The notes beneath the pieces are model-generated. The model was not told the origin of the DNA. It made no database searches and saw only the letters and a program-made list of their open reading frames with translations. A stretch of 63,566 nt of DNA, counting the filler, from Reclinomonas americana ATCC 50394 (Eukaryota): NCBI GenBank assembly GCA_048213135.1. It is 26 parts of 26 records of this genome, joined end to end, with 100 filler letters (N's around TTAATTAATTAA, not from the genome) between each part and the next. Parts side by side here need not be neighbours in the genome. Positions count along the whole stretch, not along the records: positions 60,055 to 63,566 come from AFZH01022212.1; 25 more parts are not named here. One strand, 5' to 3'. Positions 63,317 through 63,566 of this stretch are shown here, piece after piece (the stretch's first letter is position 1; each line of letters starts with the position of its first letter). The translations under genes were made by a program, and so were the position numbers.

Positions 63317-63566
63317 GAGAACAGACTCTTCGTGACCACCACCGCAATAGAGTGCCGACCAGGTGGTTTGCTCTCCGTAGAGCGCAAGTCAACAGACGCG
63401 AACCTGCAACGAGAGGACACGAGAGTCATTTATCCTTCCTCTTTTCCAATGACAACCAAGGTGCGCTCACACGCGCGTGTGTGACAGGGGATTCGTGTAT
63501 GTGGCTGCTGCTGCTCTCTTCCTCTCTCTGTCTCTCTCTCTCTCTCTTTGTGCCCATCTCAGTGTG

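Noticed and set aside
61292..63566. Further exons of the WD40 gene or another gene
   Set aside because: Splice-like signals exist (for example ~61858-61947), but I could not build a consistent frame with recognisable homology.

Overview
This is not one locus. It is 26 short contigs joined by 25 artificial ~100-bp spacers (N-run, TTAATTAATTAA, N-run), so adjacency across a spacer is not evidence of linkage. Contigs at 1-12687 and 60055-63566 are eukaryotic, with spliceosomal introns and (GT)n/(GA)n microsatellites; I cannot name the taxon. They carry a probably mitochondrion-targeted TypA/BipA, a WD40 protein with an acylation-type N-terminus, a 5-exon OGG1 with a GC-AG intron, a multi-exon CSE1/exportin-2 with a minisatellite-filled intron, and a HET-E-like array of near-identical WD40 repeats. 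Contigs at 12788-59954 come from a high-GC alphaproteobacterium (Hyphomicrobiales, Bosea-like by inference). They carry ABC transporters, regulators, aroQ, ohr, flhA, tenA with a TPP riboswitch, tRNA-Met, autotransporter fragments, an IS21 remnant, a mucR paralog, a Csu-type pilus operon and intergenic palindromic repeats. The best leads are: (1) a signal-less L,D-transpeptidase-motif protein overlapping a secreted SH3 protein, a candidate cell-wall toxin/immunity pair; (2) protist WD40 repeats that vary mainly at HET-E-type positions; (3) a perfect CtrA box upstream of the Csu pilus, beside a divergent mucR; (4) an AT-rich HEPN-like orphan gene; (5) shared palindromic motifs upstream of protist genes and a 70-bp gap between two same-strand protist genes. 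All family calls come from motif recognition by eye; no searches were run.
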